A DNA stretch of 64,000 nucleotides from Emiliania huxleyi CCMP1516 (lineage: Eukaryota): positions 62,001 through 126,000 of the forward strand of contig NW_005202113.1 of NCBI RefSeq assembly GCF_000372725.1. The letters are read 5' to 3'. Shown here in pieces: positions 25,547-35,875 of this stretch. How positions within the stretch are numbered: position 1 is the first letter of the stretch; the number at the start of each line of letters is the position of its first letter. Under the pieces are notes generated by a model. The model was not told where the DNA came from. It ran no database searches and was given only the letters and a program-made list of their open reading frames with translations. Made by a program: the position numbers and the translations under genes.

Positions 25547-26485
25547 CTACTTCCAGTGCTGCTGGCTGATGCGCTTGGTGCCCCACTGCGCCGCGGCTGG
25601 CTCGGCAGGCGCCGGCGTGTCGCTGTCGGCCGGCTCCTCGTCAAGCGCGGGGCGGGAGGGCATGCACTTTGGCGCGGCGGGCAGGAGGCTCGAGAAGGCC
25701 TTGGACAGCTTCTGGATCAGCGTCGGTGGCCCCTCCTCCTCCTCCTCGGGAGCGACCGCGGGCGCCGCCTCGACCGCCGCCTCGGGCGCCGCCTCTGGAG
25801 CAGCCTCTGGAGCAGCCTCAGGCGCAGCCTCGGCCGCAGGCTCCGGAGCCGCGACCTCGGCAGTCTCGGCAGCCTCGGCCGCCGCGGCCGCGTGGCCGTA
25901 GGCGAGCCGTGCCTCGACCTCAGCAAGCTCCTCTGGCGTGACGCTCATCTCGCGGGCGAGGCCCGCCTCTCCCGCCGCCAGGGTGTATGCCCGCCACTCG
26001 ACGCGAGCCTCCTCTTGCTCAGCGTCGTCGCGCTGGGCGACCGCATCGACCGCCCCAGTCAGCGCGCGTGCGACCGGCTGCTCCACCTCCGCCGCCGGCG
26101 CGTCGGCCTCCGCCGTCTCGACCGCCTCGGTCTCCTCGACAGCAGGCTCAGACTTGCGGCCCGAGAGGTAGTCGACCACCTGGCCCAAGATGGAGGACGA
26201 CTTGACCGGCTCGGTCGGCGGAGGCACCTCGTCGGCCGCTTCGGCAGGCGCCTCCTCGGCTGCGCTCTCTTCGGCCGCGACCTCGTCCTTGGGCTCCTCT
26301 GCAGCGGGCTCCTCCGCCTCGGGCGTCACGGCCGAGGGTGCAGCCGCCGCGTCGGCGGCGGGCGTCTCGGCGGGCGCGACCTCGGGCGTGGCGACGACGG
26401 CGGCGGTGTCGGCGGGAGCGCTGATCTGCTCCGGCTGCATCACCGGGTCGGCGATGTTGGTCGACTTGGAGCTGCAGGCACCCAT
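25547..26485 (-). CDS. Acidic Ala/Glu/Pro-rich protein with predicted N-myristoylation/palmitoylation signal
   Basis: Begins MGACSSK (MGxCxS consensus); low-complexity AAPE repeats. Confidence 0.65.
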   Translation of the reverse strand: MGACSSKSTNIADPVMQPEQISAPADTAAVVATPEVAPAETPAADAAAAPSAVTPEAEEPAAEEPKDEVAAEESAAEEAPAEAADEVPPPTEPVKSSSILGQVVDYLSGRKSEPAVEETEAVETAEADAPAAEVEQPVARALTGAVDAVAQRDDAEQEEARVEWRAYTLAAGEAGLAREMSVTPEELAEVEARLAYGHAAAAAEAAETAEVAAPEPAAEAAPEAAPEAAPEAAPEAAVEAAPAVAPEEEEEGPPTLIQKLSKAFSSLLPAAPKCMPSRPALDEEPADSDTPAPAEPAAAQWGTKRISQQHWK

Positions 26486-26608
26486 GGTTCGCTTGTGTTG
26501 TTGTGGTCGGCTGACTGCCTTGCGTCGTGCGTCCTTGGGAACGTGGCAAGTCGAAGTTGCGACGACGCCCCCGCTCGAGAAACTTGTGTGTCGAGCAACG
26601 AGCATCGT

Positions 26609-26660
26609 GGAGGAGAAGGAGGAGGAGGAGGAGAAGGAGGAGGAGGAGGAGGAGGAGGAG

Positions 26661-26746
<86 letters not shown>
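26609..26746. repeat. Compound microsatellite (GGA)n followed by long (GA)n
   Basis: Directly visible GGAGGA tract, then about 80 bp of GA repeats, upstream of the myristoylated-protein gene. Confidence 0.95.
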
Positions 26747-26748
<2 letters not shown>

Positions 26749-27510
26749 CGGCGTCGCGGGGCGGCCGCGGCCTCCACCATCCTCTTCCACACCCTTGGCC
26801 TCAGTCGTCCGTGCAAATGGGGCAGTCCTCCTGGTGACAGAAATGGTCAACCTTCGTCCGCATCGAGGCCTCCTGCGCAGAGCCAGAGGTAAGCAGGCAC
26901 CGTGTCCGGCACGCAGAAGGACAGCCTGCTGCAGTAGGTGCGCCCTTCATATAGTCATTTGACTCGTCGTCCCTCACAGGAAGATACTCGGGTTGAGGTG
27001 CATGCCGCACAGGACCCGACTGCACGGCGGGACTAATTCTGTTTTCGTTCGCCAGAACAGGATTCGGTACTTCAGCTCGGTTTAGTATCATTGTATCCTT
27101 CTCGAGGGGGTATCAAGGTATGCTCTAGGCCTCTGTGGGGACCCATCTCGGCTGGGTATCAAAGTATCATCGGCGGCCGCGCAGCGAAGCGACAATTCAC
27201 ACCTCGCACGCGTTTATTATCGCTCTTAGCGCTTCCGGTTCCGCTGTTCGCGCGCCACGCCCAACCAACCAACCATATACCGAAATGGTCTCGTCGCAGC
27301 TACAGCTGGAGCAACGCTATCCGCCGAATCATTTGCTCTTCTGAAGAAGGCAGTAGCGAGCTGGGACAGTCCCATCATGGATTACATAGGTGATAGCCGT
27401 CAAAGCAGGCGGCGGATTGATTTCGGATTTTTTTTTATTTTTCCGCTTTCCCCCCAATTTAAGTGGTGCAGCGGTACGACCAACGTTGCCAGGTGACTCT
27501 CTCAGCGATT

Positions 27511-28640
27511 ATGCTCGAGGCGGAAGGCGATGTCATCGAGGCCGCGGCCGCTCCCCCGCGGCTGCCGCAGCCGCACCGGCTGCCTAGCCCGGCTGGCGGC
27601 CGCAGGCCGTCCAATGCGACGACGGCCGCCCTCCTCGCCCAGCGCATTGCTTAGTGGTGCGCTCGCCTCCCTCCTGCGCGACGCTCATTCGAGCGCGTTG
27701 TCTGTCTCGGCCGGCGCGCGAAGAGGTGTGAAGAGGAGGGTCGTGTCCGGTGTGAGGGTAGCCCACGAGGGTATCAACCTATCCTCTAGGCACTAGGGGC
27801 CCAATGCGGATCCTCTCAAGTGTCAAGAGGGTATCAGGGTATAGCCCTGAAGTATGATATCCACCTGTGAAACATCTGGCGTATGTCGCAGCCCGTTGGC
27901 GGTCGGGTCGCCGCGCGCGGTGCCGCCGACTCGCACTCTGCCGCCGCGGAGGAGCGCGAGCGTGACCTCCGCCGCGAGGTGCGCGAGCTACGCGACGAGC
28001 TCCAGAAGCAGGTCTTTGCGCCGCTGCCGGGAGACTGTGGCGATCTGTCGGCTGAGTGGCAGGCCGCTCGCCTCGCTCAGAGCCAGCGGCAGGTTGCCCT
28101 GCTGGCGGAGGCTCTCGCGACGCGACAGGTGCCGAACGGCGGCTCCGCCGCCAGCCACGCCCTCACATTCCCACGGCTGACCGCTGCGGCTGCAGGATCT
28201 GAGCGTGGAGACCGAGGCGGTGCTGCTGCAGCTCTCGCAGCCCGCCGCCGACGGCACTCGCTCCGAGGCGTCGGCGTGGGCGTCGGCGGCGCTGCGCCGC
28301 CTCCGAGGCGTGCATCATGCCGAGGCGCGGCGCAGGCACGGCCGACGCGCCACGTCGCACACCACACCAGCACTACCCTGCACTCTCTAGGCCATCTCGA
28401 CCGACCTGGTGCAGAAGTTTGCGTCGATGCCGCTGGGCGTGCCGCGTGCGGGCGGCGGCGGGAGGGGAGCCGACCGCGGAGCGGCGGCGGCGGCGGCGGC
28501 GCGAGGGCCGAGCGGCGGCGGCGGCGGCGGTGGCATGAGAGTGCCGGCGGCGCGCCCGGCGAGGCCACCGGCGCGGACGGTGGCCGAGGCGGCGCCGCGA
28601 CGGGTTGGGAGAGGGACGCACCGGCCGGAGTGGCAGTCTT
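27511..28640 (+). CDS. Hypothetical coiled-coil protein (exon structure uncertain)
   Basis: Segments such as EERERDLRREVRELRDELQKQ and DLSVETEAVLLQLSQ are separated by intron-like stretches. Confidence 0.35.
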
Positions 28641-28790
28641 AAACGCATGTGTCGGAAGGTTGCAAGCGCAGCCGGATGCAAGCGACCAGCAGCGTTGGGG
28701 GACACTGTTTTATATCTCAACACTCACGTTTTTATTAGTGTGTGAGGTCAAGTACCTGTCCCTGACGGAGAGGGGCGGGCTTCATAGCTG

Positions 28791-30269
28791 TCAGAGAGGG
28801 GCTTCTTGCTCCAGCATCAGCCGCCGCAGCTCCCGCGGGAAGGGCGTGTCGCGGCAGTCGAGGTCCTCGACGCTGGCCATGCCGCACCTGGTTCGATCCC
28901 TGCGGCAGCAGCGGCGAGCCTCGGGCAGCGGCCTGTGGAGCATCGTCCCCTTGAAGAGGTAGTACCTCGTCCCCGTCCCCAGAGCGAGCTCCTTGATGCT
29001 CACGTTGCTGGCGAGCGCCCACATCAGCAGCGCGTGCTCGCTGTAGAAGGCGTGGCGCAGCCGCAGCGGCCTCATCGGCGCGGCGCCTGCCACCCGAACG
29101 CGGTGCGTCTCGGGGTGCGGGGACAAGTGGGGACAAGCACACCCGTGCGTGCGGTCGCCGGGCGGCCACATCAGCCTCGGCGCGCCCGCCCACCTCGGGT
29201 CAATGTACCGCCACTCGCGCAGCATGCGTTGCAGCGCTCCGAGCACCACCTGGCGCCGCGCCTCGCCGCGCTCCCAGGCGTCCGCGCCGACGCTCGGCGT
29301 GCGCGGCGCATCCGCAATGAGGGGCAGCTCCCCAATCTGAGGGAGGGGAGTGGGGCGAGGGACGATCGATTGTGGGTGGAGCGAGTGTTGAGCGTCGAGC
29401 GGATGAGGCCTTGCTAAAGAAGCGCCAGCTCTCGCAGTCAAAGGAGCAAGCGCTCGACGCGGCGACGCTTTGCAGGAAGTGGTCCACGGAGAAGGGCGCA
29501 AACTGCGTGTCGTTCCACACGCCGCTGCGCTCAAAGTGGGAGCCAATCGCAGCAAATACGCCTGCTGACGGGATGCGCGCGTCTGGCGGAGTGCTCTGGT
29601 GGGCAGAATCGGACGACGATCGCAGAGCCCCCGCGCCTGCTGCAGTCCGCATCGCGGCGCGTGCGCCCCAGAATACATGGTCGGTCGCCGCGTAGATGCT
29701 TCCTGCGATGCGACGCGAGGCTTGTGCGTGAGCTGAGCAGGTCTATCAGCTGACGTCCTTATCTGTAACCGCGGGTTGCCTGGGTCGCTTCTGGCGACAC
29801 CGCACACGCGGGAGGATCGCCATCTGGGAAGCGGGACTGAATCGGCCCGTAGCTTGACCACCAGCTCGAACTGACGTCGTGCCCGTCGCTCGCGCTCCTC
29901 CATGAGCGCCCACGCAGCCTGAAGCCGGTGCCACTGCACTGCAGCGTACGGCTGCACCCACCCAGCTGGCCGAGGAGGCCTCGCCACAGTGCGAGGCTTG
30001 ACGCCGGTGAGGTTTTGCAGAAGCGCTACCGTGCCCTCCTCCCACGTGTCGTAGGCCGCAACTCCCTCGATGCTCTGGCCGAGCAGCGCCGGCATCACAA
30101 CGGCCACCGACGTGGAGGCGTCCTTTCCAGGGCAAGGTGGGTCGGTGACGAGGAAGATCTCTGCCGCGAGAGGGAGGAGGACGTACTCCCGCATGTACGA
30201 GGCGTGGAGTGTGGCGTTCGGGACGTGCCCGGAGCCGACCACGAGGGCGGCGACCCGGCACGCTGGCAT
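28791..30269 (-). CDS. Hypothetical glycosyltransferase-like protein (multi-exon)
   Basis: RVAALVVG, AEIFLV, QWHRLQAAWALMEERE...FELVVKLRAD and a later ATDHVFWG segment resemble YDxVxRxRxD-type putative glycosyltransferases. Confidence 0.45.
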   Translation of the reverse strand: MPACRVAALVVGSGHVPNATLHASYMREYVLLPLAAEIFLVTDPPCPGKDASTSVAVVMPALLGQSIEGVAAYDTWEEGTVALLQNLTGVKPRTVARPPRPAGWVQPYAAVQWHRLQAAWALMEERERRARRQFELVVKLRADSVPLPRWRSSRVCGVARSDPGNPRLQIRTSADRPAQLTHKPRVASQEASTRRPTMYSGAHAPRCGLQQARGLCDRRPILPTRALRQTRASRQQAYLLRLAPTLSAAACGTTRSLRPSPWTTSCKASPRRALAPLTARAGASLARPHPLDAQHSLHPQSIVPRPTPLPQIGELPLIADAPRTPSVGADAWERGEARRQVVLGALQRMLREWRYIDPRWAGAPRLMWPPGDRTHGCACPHLSPHPETHRVRVAGAAPMRPLRLRHAFYSEHALLMWALASNVSIKELALGTGTRYYLFKGTMLHRPLPEARRCCRRDRTRCGMASVEDLDCRDTPFPRELRRLMLEQEAPL

Positions 30270-30568
30270 GTGTGTGTGTCGACGTCCGTCCTCGAGAAGT
30301 TGGGGTTGCCCAGTCGAATCGGCGCGGCAAAACGGGGATGGAAGAAAAAAATCCCGCCGCGTCTGCTCTCTGCTCTCATGACTCCTCTCTCTATCATTTT
30401 CAAGGATAGTTAAAGCCGTAAGTGTTACTTTTGTGTCGACGCCCCCTTCAAGCTTCATCCACTACATACATAATATCGTCTCAATAGATCATGGCACATA
30501 CATAGTAGATCACGCACGCGGTGGAAGCTGGCGACGGACGCCCGCGCAACACGGGCATTCTGGTTGCT

Positions 30569-31608
30569 TCACCCCAGAAATGAGAGCCAGGAGGACAGCA
30601 TCCCCATCGCAGGCGGGGCGCTCGCGGCGAGCTCTGCCAGCCGCTGCTCCTCGCCCGGCTGAGCCTTGCGCAGCTTCAGCTTGGGGGGCGGAAGCCGGCA
30701 ATAGTCCAGCTTTGGGAGCGCGGCGCTGGCACCCTCGCCCAGTCGCGTCTCCGCGCGGCTCTTCTTGACGTCCGTCACGAGGGACCAGATGAGCTTTGCA
30801 AACTCCTCGTCCACGCGGCGCACGTAGTAGACCCCCACCACGTCGTCGACCTCCCAGCTGAGCTGCATCTGATTGAGGCCGTCGCCGATGGAGCACATGC
30901 TCTTGTGGGGTAGCTCCACGTACCGCCGCTGCGCCTCGGCCGCGTCCTCGACATTGTCCCAGCAGCAGTTGACCCGCCAGTCCTCTGCCTGAGCGTTGAC
31001 GCCCGACGTGCGCTTGTGGCCTTTGCGCGAGCAAGCCTGCGTCACGACTTGGTACCGGCGCGCGAGGTGCTGCTCAATACTGCCGCCGACGGTCTTTGCA
31101 CAACGGAGCCCCGTGCCATATGTCTGCTCGGGCGGAGGGGGCGCGGGCACGGGTTGTAGTCGAGGGTTTTGGGTGTGGGGCCGTGCTAAGTGGGTGAGCG
31201 GCGTGCCCTGTGGGAGTCAAAGGCGTATGCGCACGAGACTTGGGAGGCGTTGGTGCGGAGCATAAACCCGAAGGTGTCGCGGTACGACCTGGTCGGCAGG
31301 TCGTGCCGCAGCAGCGAGGTGGCTGCGCCTCGCCTTGTCAGCTGTTGAAGCGCACACTGCCGGAACTCCTTGACGAACGTTCCAGTCGGCACAGCGGACT
31401 TGATGAAGCTCATGTTTACTCTGCGCGCGTCCTTCCTCAACTTTCGCTCGAGCGTGTCGCACTCGAAGGCCCTGATGAAGAAGCCGGAGCGAATCGTGCT
31501 CTCATAGTTGCACGGAGCCCCGTCGGGCGGGTTTTTGGGCACAAGCGACTGACGCAGGCTCATGAGTTGGCCGCTTTTGTCCTTGCTACGTCGATTGAAG
31601 AAGCCCAT
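30569..31608 (-). CDS. Hypothetical two-exon protein, possibly a divergent ADP-ribosyltransferase fold
   Basis: ORFs 31186-31680 and 30569-31150 join in phase 0 at the acceptor at 31124-31125; contains YGTGLRCA and YQVVTQAC. Confidence 0.5.
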
Positions 31609-31903
31609 GGGCCTGCGCGTGCCTGGGAGCACCGGGGCGGTGGCAAACTTGGCAGACAGCCCTGACCGCAAGAATCGCAAAAGGCCACAGGAGCCTAAGC
31701 AGACTCCTGCCGTCCTGCGAGGAAGCGCTAGCGGAAATAATTGAAAACCACACCTCTACTGTAAGCGAAAAGAAAGGAGCGTACTCTTGAAATATCGCTG
31801 TGGACTAGCGCTAGACGGTAGTCATAGCAAGAAAACAGGGGGCTGCCGCGGATCATAGCCTTGCCTTCTCTCTACGCTGGGCCATCACCGGGGCCATGTG
31901 CCT

Positions 31904-32742
31904 CTACTCAATTGGGTCGCCGCACAGATTTCGAATCTCGTCGGTCGTGACGCGCGTCGACATGAGCTCCTCGGCCCACGCGGCGGCCGCGGGCTGGAGC
32001 CGCTTCTCGAGGTAGCGCTCCAGTACGTCCACGCGCCGCATTGGGACTTCAAAGCAGCGGAGCAGGGCCTCAGCCTGCTCGCGCGTCAGGCGGCTCGGCA
32101 TCTTTGACGTTTTCACCTCCGTCTCCAGGATGCGGAACTTGACATTGCTGCGCGGCAGACGGGAGGGCGGTCTAAGTGGGTGGGACCGCACTCGCTCCGG
32201 TATCCGCTCAAGAGATGATGGGCTAAGTGCCGCTCGCAGAGGCCAGCGCGGCCTGGTCTCGTTGGCAGAGAGCCGCTCAAGTAGTCCCAAGATCTCACTC
32301 CGTTGGTTGGCTGGGAGTCGTCCATCAGACACGGGCAGAGGGTCCCGCTTCTTGTACGGGTCCTCATTTCGCCTGCGCCGCAAGCAAGGGAGTCGGGCTG
32401 TCGTCTGGCTATCTCAGATCCACGAGGGACGAAGGCGCGCCTCTGCATCGGCGGGCTCGCCTCAGGCTGCGAAGTCGAGTCGCGAGGTGCGGAGGCTGAC
32501 TGACGGTTATCTTGCGAAATCTGCCGCATTCGAGCGACGTCGAGGGGCGTCGAGCCCTGGCTGCCTCTCGCGGCTGGCTGGTCGGCGAGCGGCTTGTACG
32601 CAATCTGGATCTGCTGGCCGGGCCTGACGTTTGGCGGGATGGTCACCTGCAGCTGCTGGCCGTCCGGCGCCTTGCACATGAGCTTCTGCCCCGGCCCCAG
32701 ACCTGGCGGAATGGTGATTTTGAGCATCGGCTGGCCGCTCAT
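31904..32742 (-). CDS. Hypothetical protein with N-terminal 'I(T)IPPG..PGQ' duplicated beta motif
   Basis: LKITIPPGLGPGQKLMCKAPDGQQLQVTIPPNVRPGQQIQI; a downstream ORF (31904-32383) probably continues it; 3' end uncertain. Confidence 0.45.
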
Positions 32743-32991
32743 TTCTCCAGACGATCGTCCACCCGCAAATAGCTGATCGACGACCGGCCAGTAAGGTGGC
32801 CCCGCTCCGAGCGCACGGGACGGACGTTTTGTGAAAGAATTTTAGCGCCAGAACGTCGGGCGTGAACACCAAGGTGGTAACGCAGCAGCATCAGATACAA
32901 TGCGAGTATGCGACCGATGGCGCATCACCAGTCCTAACATTACGACGCGAGCGCATGGGGACGCGCGCAAAACTTTCTCACGACTCTGAGC

Positions 32992-34008
32992 TCACCTGTC
33001 GTCCATGCGGCGCCGTTTCACCCAGGGCAAGTTGTCAAGATCGATGTTGCCACCACACATGACGATGGCCACGTTTTTCACGTCTGGGTACTTCTCATAG
33101 AAGGCCTTCGATGTCGCCACGGCCACAGCGACGCCGCAACCAGGCTCAATGACCTGCTTGGCACGCTCCATCACGAAGCGGGTGGCGTCCTCAATCTCGT
33201 CCTCGGTGACAATGAAGACGTCGTCGACAAGCTTCTCCACAATTGGGTACGAGTTTGCTCCCAGACTGCTCTTCACAGAGTCGGCGATGGTGACGATCGG
33301 CGTGTTTGGTGGGTTCTTAACCAGCTTCCCCTCCTGCTTCGACATGTAAGCGCTCCTTGCCCGCTCCGGCTCTGCGCCGATCACCTTGACCTCTGGCTTG
33401 ACCGCCTTGAGGTACGTGGCGACGCCGGAGATGAGGCCGCCACCACCAATGGAGCAGATCACGGCATCAATGTCTGGCTGCTGCTCTAGGAGCTCCAATC
33501 CGATAGTGCCCTGGCCATTGATGACCCGTAGGTCCTGGTTCGGGTGGATCTCCTCTGCCTTCTCCTCCCCTTTCTCCGCACGGATGCCGGCCACCACCTC
33601 CGCAGACATCGCCTCCCTGGCCTCCTGTGTCGGCTTGCACAATTTCACCTCCGCGCCATACGTGTCCCGTACGGCATTGATCTTGACGGCGGGAGAGTCC
33701 TCTGGCATGACTATGATGGCCGTTTTGCTGAGCACCTTGCAAGCTTGAGCGATGGCCTGCGCGTGATTGCCGCTACTCTGAGTCACCACGAAATCCGCCT
33801 TGGAGAGGGAGACGGCGTTGATGGCGCCCCGGATCTTGAAGGCGCCGACCTTCTGCTCATGTTCTGCCTTCATGAACAGCTGCTTTGGCGTGCCGGCGGC
33901 CTCCGAGGCGCGGCTGTTCAGCGCATCGCAGGTGAATACTCGTGTGCGGTGCACGTGGGCCTTGATGCGATGGTAGGCCTCTACGACCGTCTCCTTTGTG
34001 ACGGCCAT
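32992..34008 (-). CDS. SRR: Serine racemase / catabolic Ser-Thr dehydratase (PLP fold type II), intronless
   Basis: KAEHEQKVGAFKIRGA (PLP lysine), SSGNHAQA, GQGTIGLE, GGGGLISG, VIEP, CGGNID; 338 aa with no regulatory ACT domain. Confidence 0.9.
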   Translation of the reverse strand: MAVTKETVVEAYHRIKAHVHRTRVFTCDALNSRASEAAGTPKQLFMKAEHEQKVGAFKIRGAINAVSLSKADFVVTQSSGNHAQAIAQACKVLSKTAIIVMPEDSPAVKINAVRDTYGAEVKLCKPTQEAREAMSAEVVAGIRAEKGEEKAEEIHPNQDLRVINGQGTIGLELLEQQPDIDAVICSIGGGGLISGVATYLKAVKPEVKVIGAEPERARSAYMSKQEGKLVKNPPNTPIVTIADSVKSSLGANSYPIVEKLVDDVFIVTEDEIEDATRFVMERAKQVIEPGCGVAVAVATSKAFYEKYPDVKNVAIVMCGGNIDLDNLPWVKRRRMDDR

Positions 34009-35875
34009 GGCACGCTCCTGGAGCAGACGCTCAACGCCTCAATGCACTCTTTGGGTAGCCGCTGCCTAGCTTTGAGCCCCGCGGTTTGTCCACGCTTGCG
34101 ACTGGAGCACTTTGCGCCAGAGCGCCCGCGGACGGAGCACCCGTGAAAAGAATTTTTTCCGCTGGCGTTTGTTGGAGGCTAGGACGCAAGCGTCCGTCGC
34201 CCTTTTCAAACTCGGGGCCCACTCCGCTACGGCCTACGGCTACGCTCCGACACGAATTTGGAGGGCCTAAAGTTTAGGGAGTGTTGCTGCGCAAAAGGGG
34301 TCGGACACAGGGCGCAGCTCATGCTAAGAGCTAGAAGAGGAGATAGAGAGAACAACCACCCTGTCCCGTTATTTCGTACACCAACACCAAAAAGCTCTCT
34401 CTCTCCTGCTCCTCACTCAGGGCAGACTCAAGGGGGTCACAACTACCGAGTCCCTCGAGTCTAGCTGCCACGTCCAAAACCTGGACGGCGGCAGTGATAG
34501 TGCTATCAAGGGCATGGTCCGTGGAAAGTGGAGCGGGTGGTACGGGATAGTAGAGCAGGCGCTTTGTGGGTGGCGGGTATGGGCGGCAGCGTTGGGTGGC
34601 CGGCCGAATCGTTAGCGGAGCTCCTCCCTCAAGCTCGATCAAGCATGACGCACGTTGAGTGACAACGGCGGCGAGCTTCTGAACCAGGTTAGGTTGCCGG
34701 AGCACCGCCAACTCCTCCTCTGAGTCAGACACGCCAACGCCGACTGCGCCCTCCTCCTCCCATTCGTCGACTGCGCCCTCCTCCTCCTCCTCCAATTCGC
34801 CGACACTGCGCCCTCCTCCTCCATGGGCTCGATCCGATTCCGCAGCGTGTCGTCCCCAGCGGCGGTGCTGCGCGGGAGGCGGCCGGGGGCACGCTGGGCT
34901 CGATCAGCGGCTTCCCCTCAAGCTGCGCCGAAAGCACGGATTTGGCGGACGTTCTTGGCTTCAACTTTACGGATGTCTTGGCACCAGCTGAAGGCTTGCC
35001 CCCGTCCACGGCCGAAATCACGCAGTTTGTGCACGGTATTCAGATTTTGCTCTTTGTTCGTGGGGGGTATATTGCAGATTTGTCAATGATACCGCGTCTG
35101 CGACGCGGGCGCCTTGCGTGCAGAGGCAGAGCCCTTAGCCACCCTTTATGTCTTGCGCGGTCAAAAATCTACCCTTGCTCCTGGCAGGATAGGGCTTAGG
35201 GGTCTGTGGACACTCGGCGCGCGCGCGCGCGTGAACAGGGCTCCAGGCTGCCCCAAATGACGTGTGAGTGTTAGAGTTGTTTGGTATTGCTAAAAAAATC
35301 TCTCTCTGGAGCTCCCAGATATGTAGACAGGCCTCAGGCGCGAGCGCAAGTCCGCCTGCCTCACGCGGCGTCGGGTCGAGACGCCGCCGCCTCCGCTGCG
35401 CGACGCCGGAGGCGGGGCGGCGTGGGGGCTGACGCCTCAGCAGGCGTCAGCCGGGGGCGGTGTCAGATGCGCGCGTCATGTCTGGTTTGGCCCGGACCCT
35501 GCATAATAATAGGTAGGTTACCCCCTACTTTCAGTGTATGTGGCTGTTACGTACATTGTTTCCCCATTTTTCGCTTCGCTGCGCGTGGCCGCATATGTGG
35601 GCTTCACACACCCTATCCGGCTATGGAGCCCGAACCCAGTCTGACATACGCCGGGTCCAAAATGAAGAACTCAGACCAGGAATGGCACCATGTGAGTTGT
35701 GCGTCTTGGGCCGGGTTGTGTTGTCGCGAGAAAAGCTCGCCTCTTGCGCTGGATTCGCCACCGCCGCCACCGCCGCCACCACTGTTGCGACAACCACGGA
35801 GAAGAAGGGCTGTTGGCGCGACAACACGGATTTTCGCCCCACGAGGATTGCGGTGTTTTCTTCATACTCGAGTAT

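Noticed and set aside
26148..26962. ORFs with poly-ER / poly-SL / poly-L runs
   Set aside because: These are translations of the (GA)n/(GGA)n microsatellite.
35217..35231. (CG)n tract with Z-DNA potential
   Set aside because: Short and expected by chance in CpG-rich, high-GC DNA.
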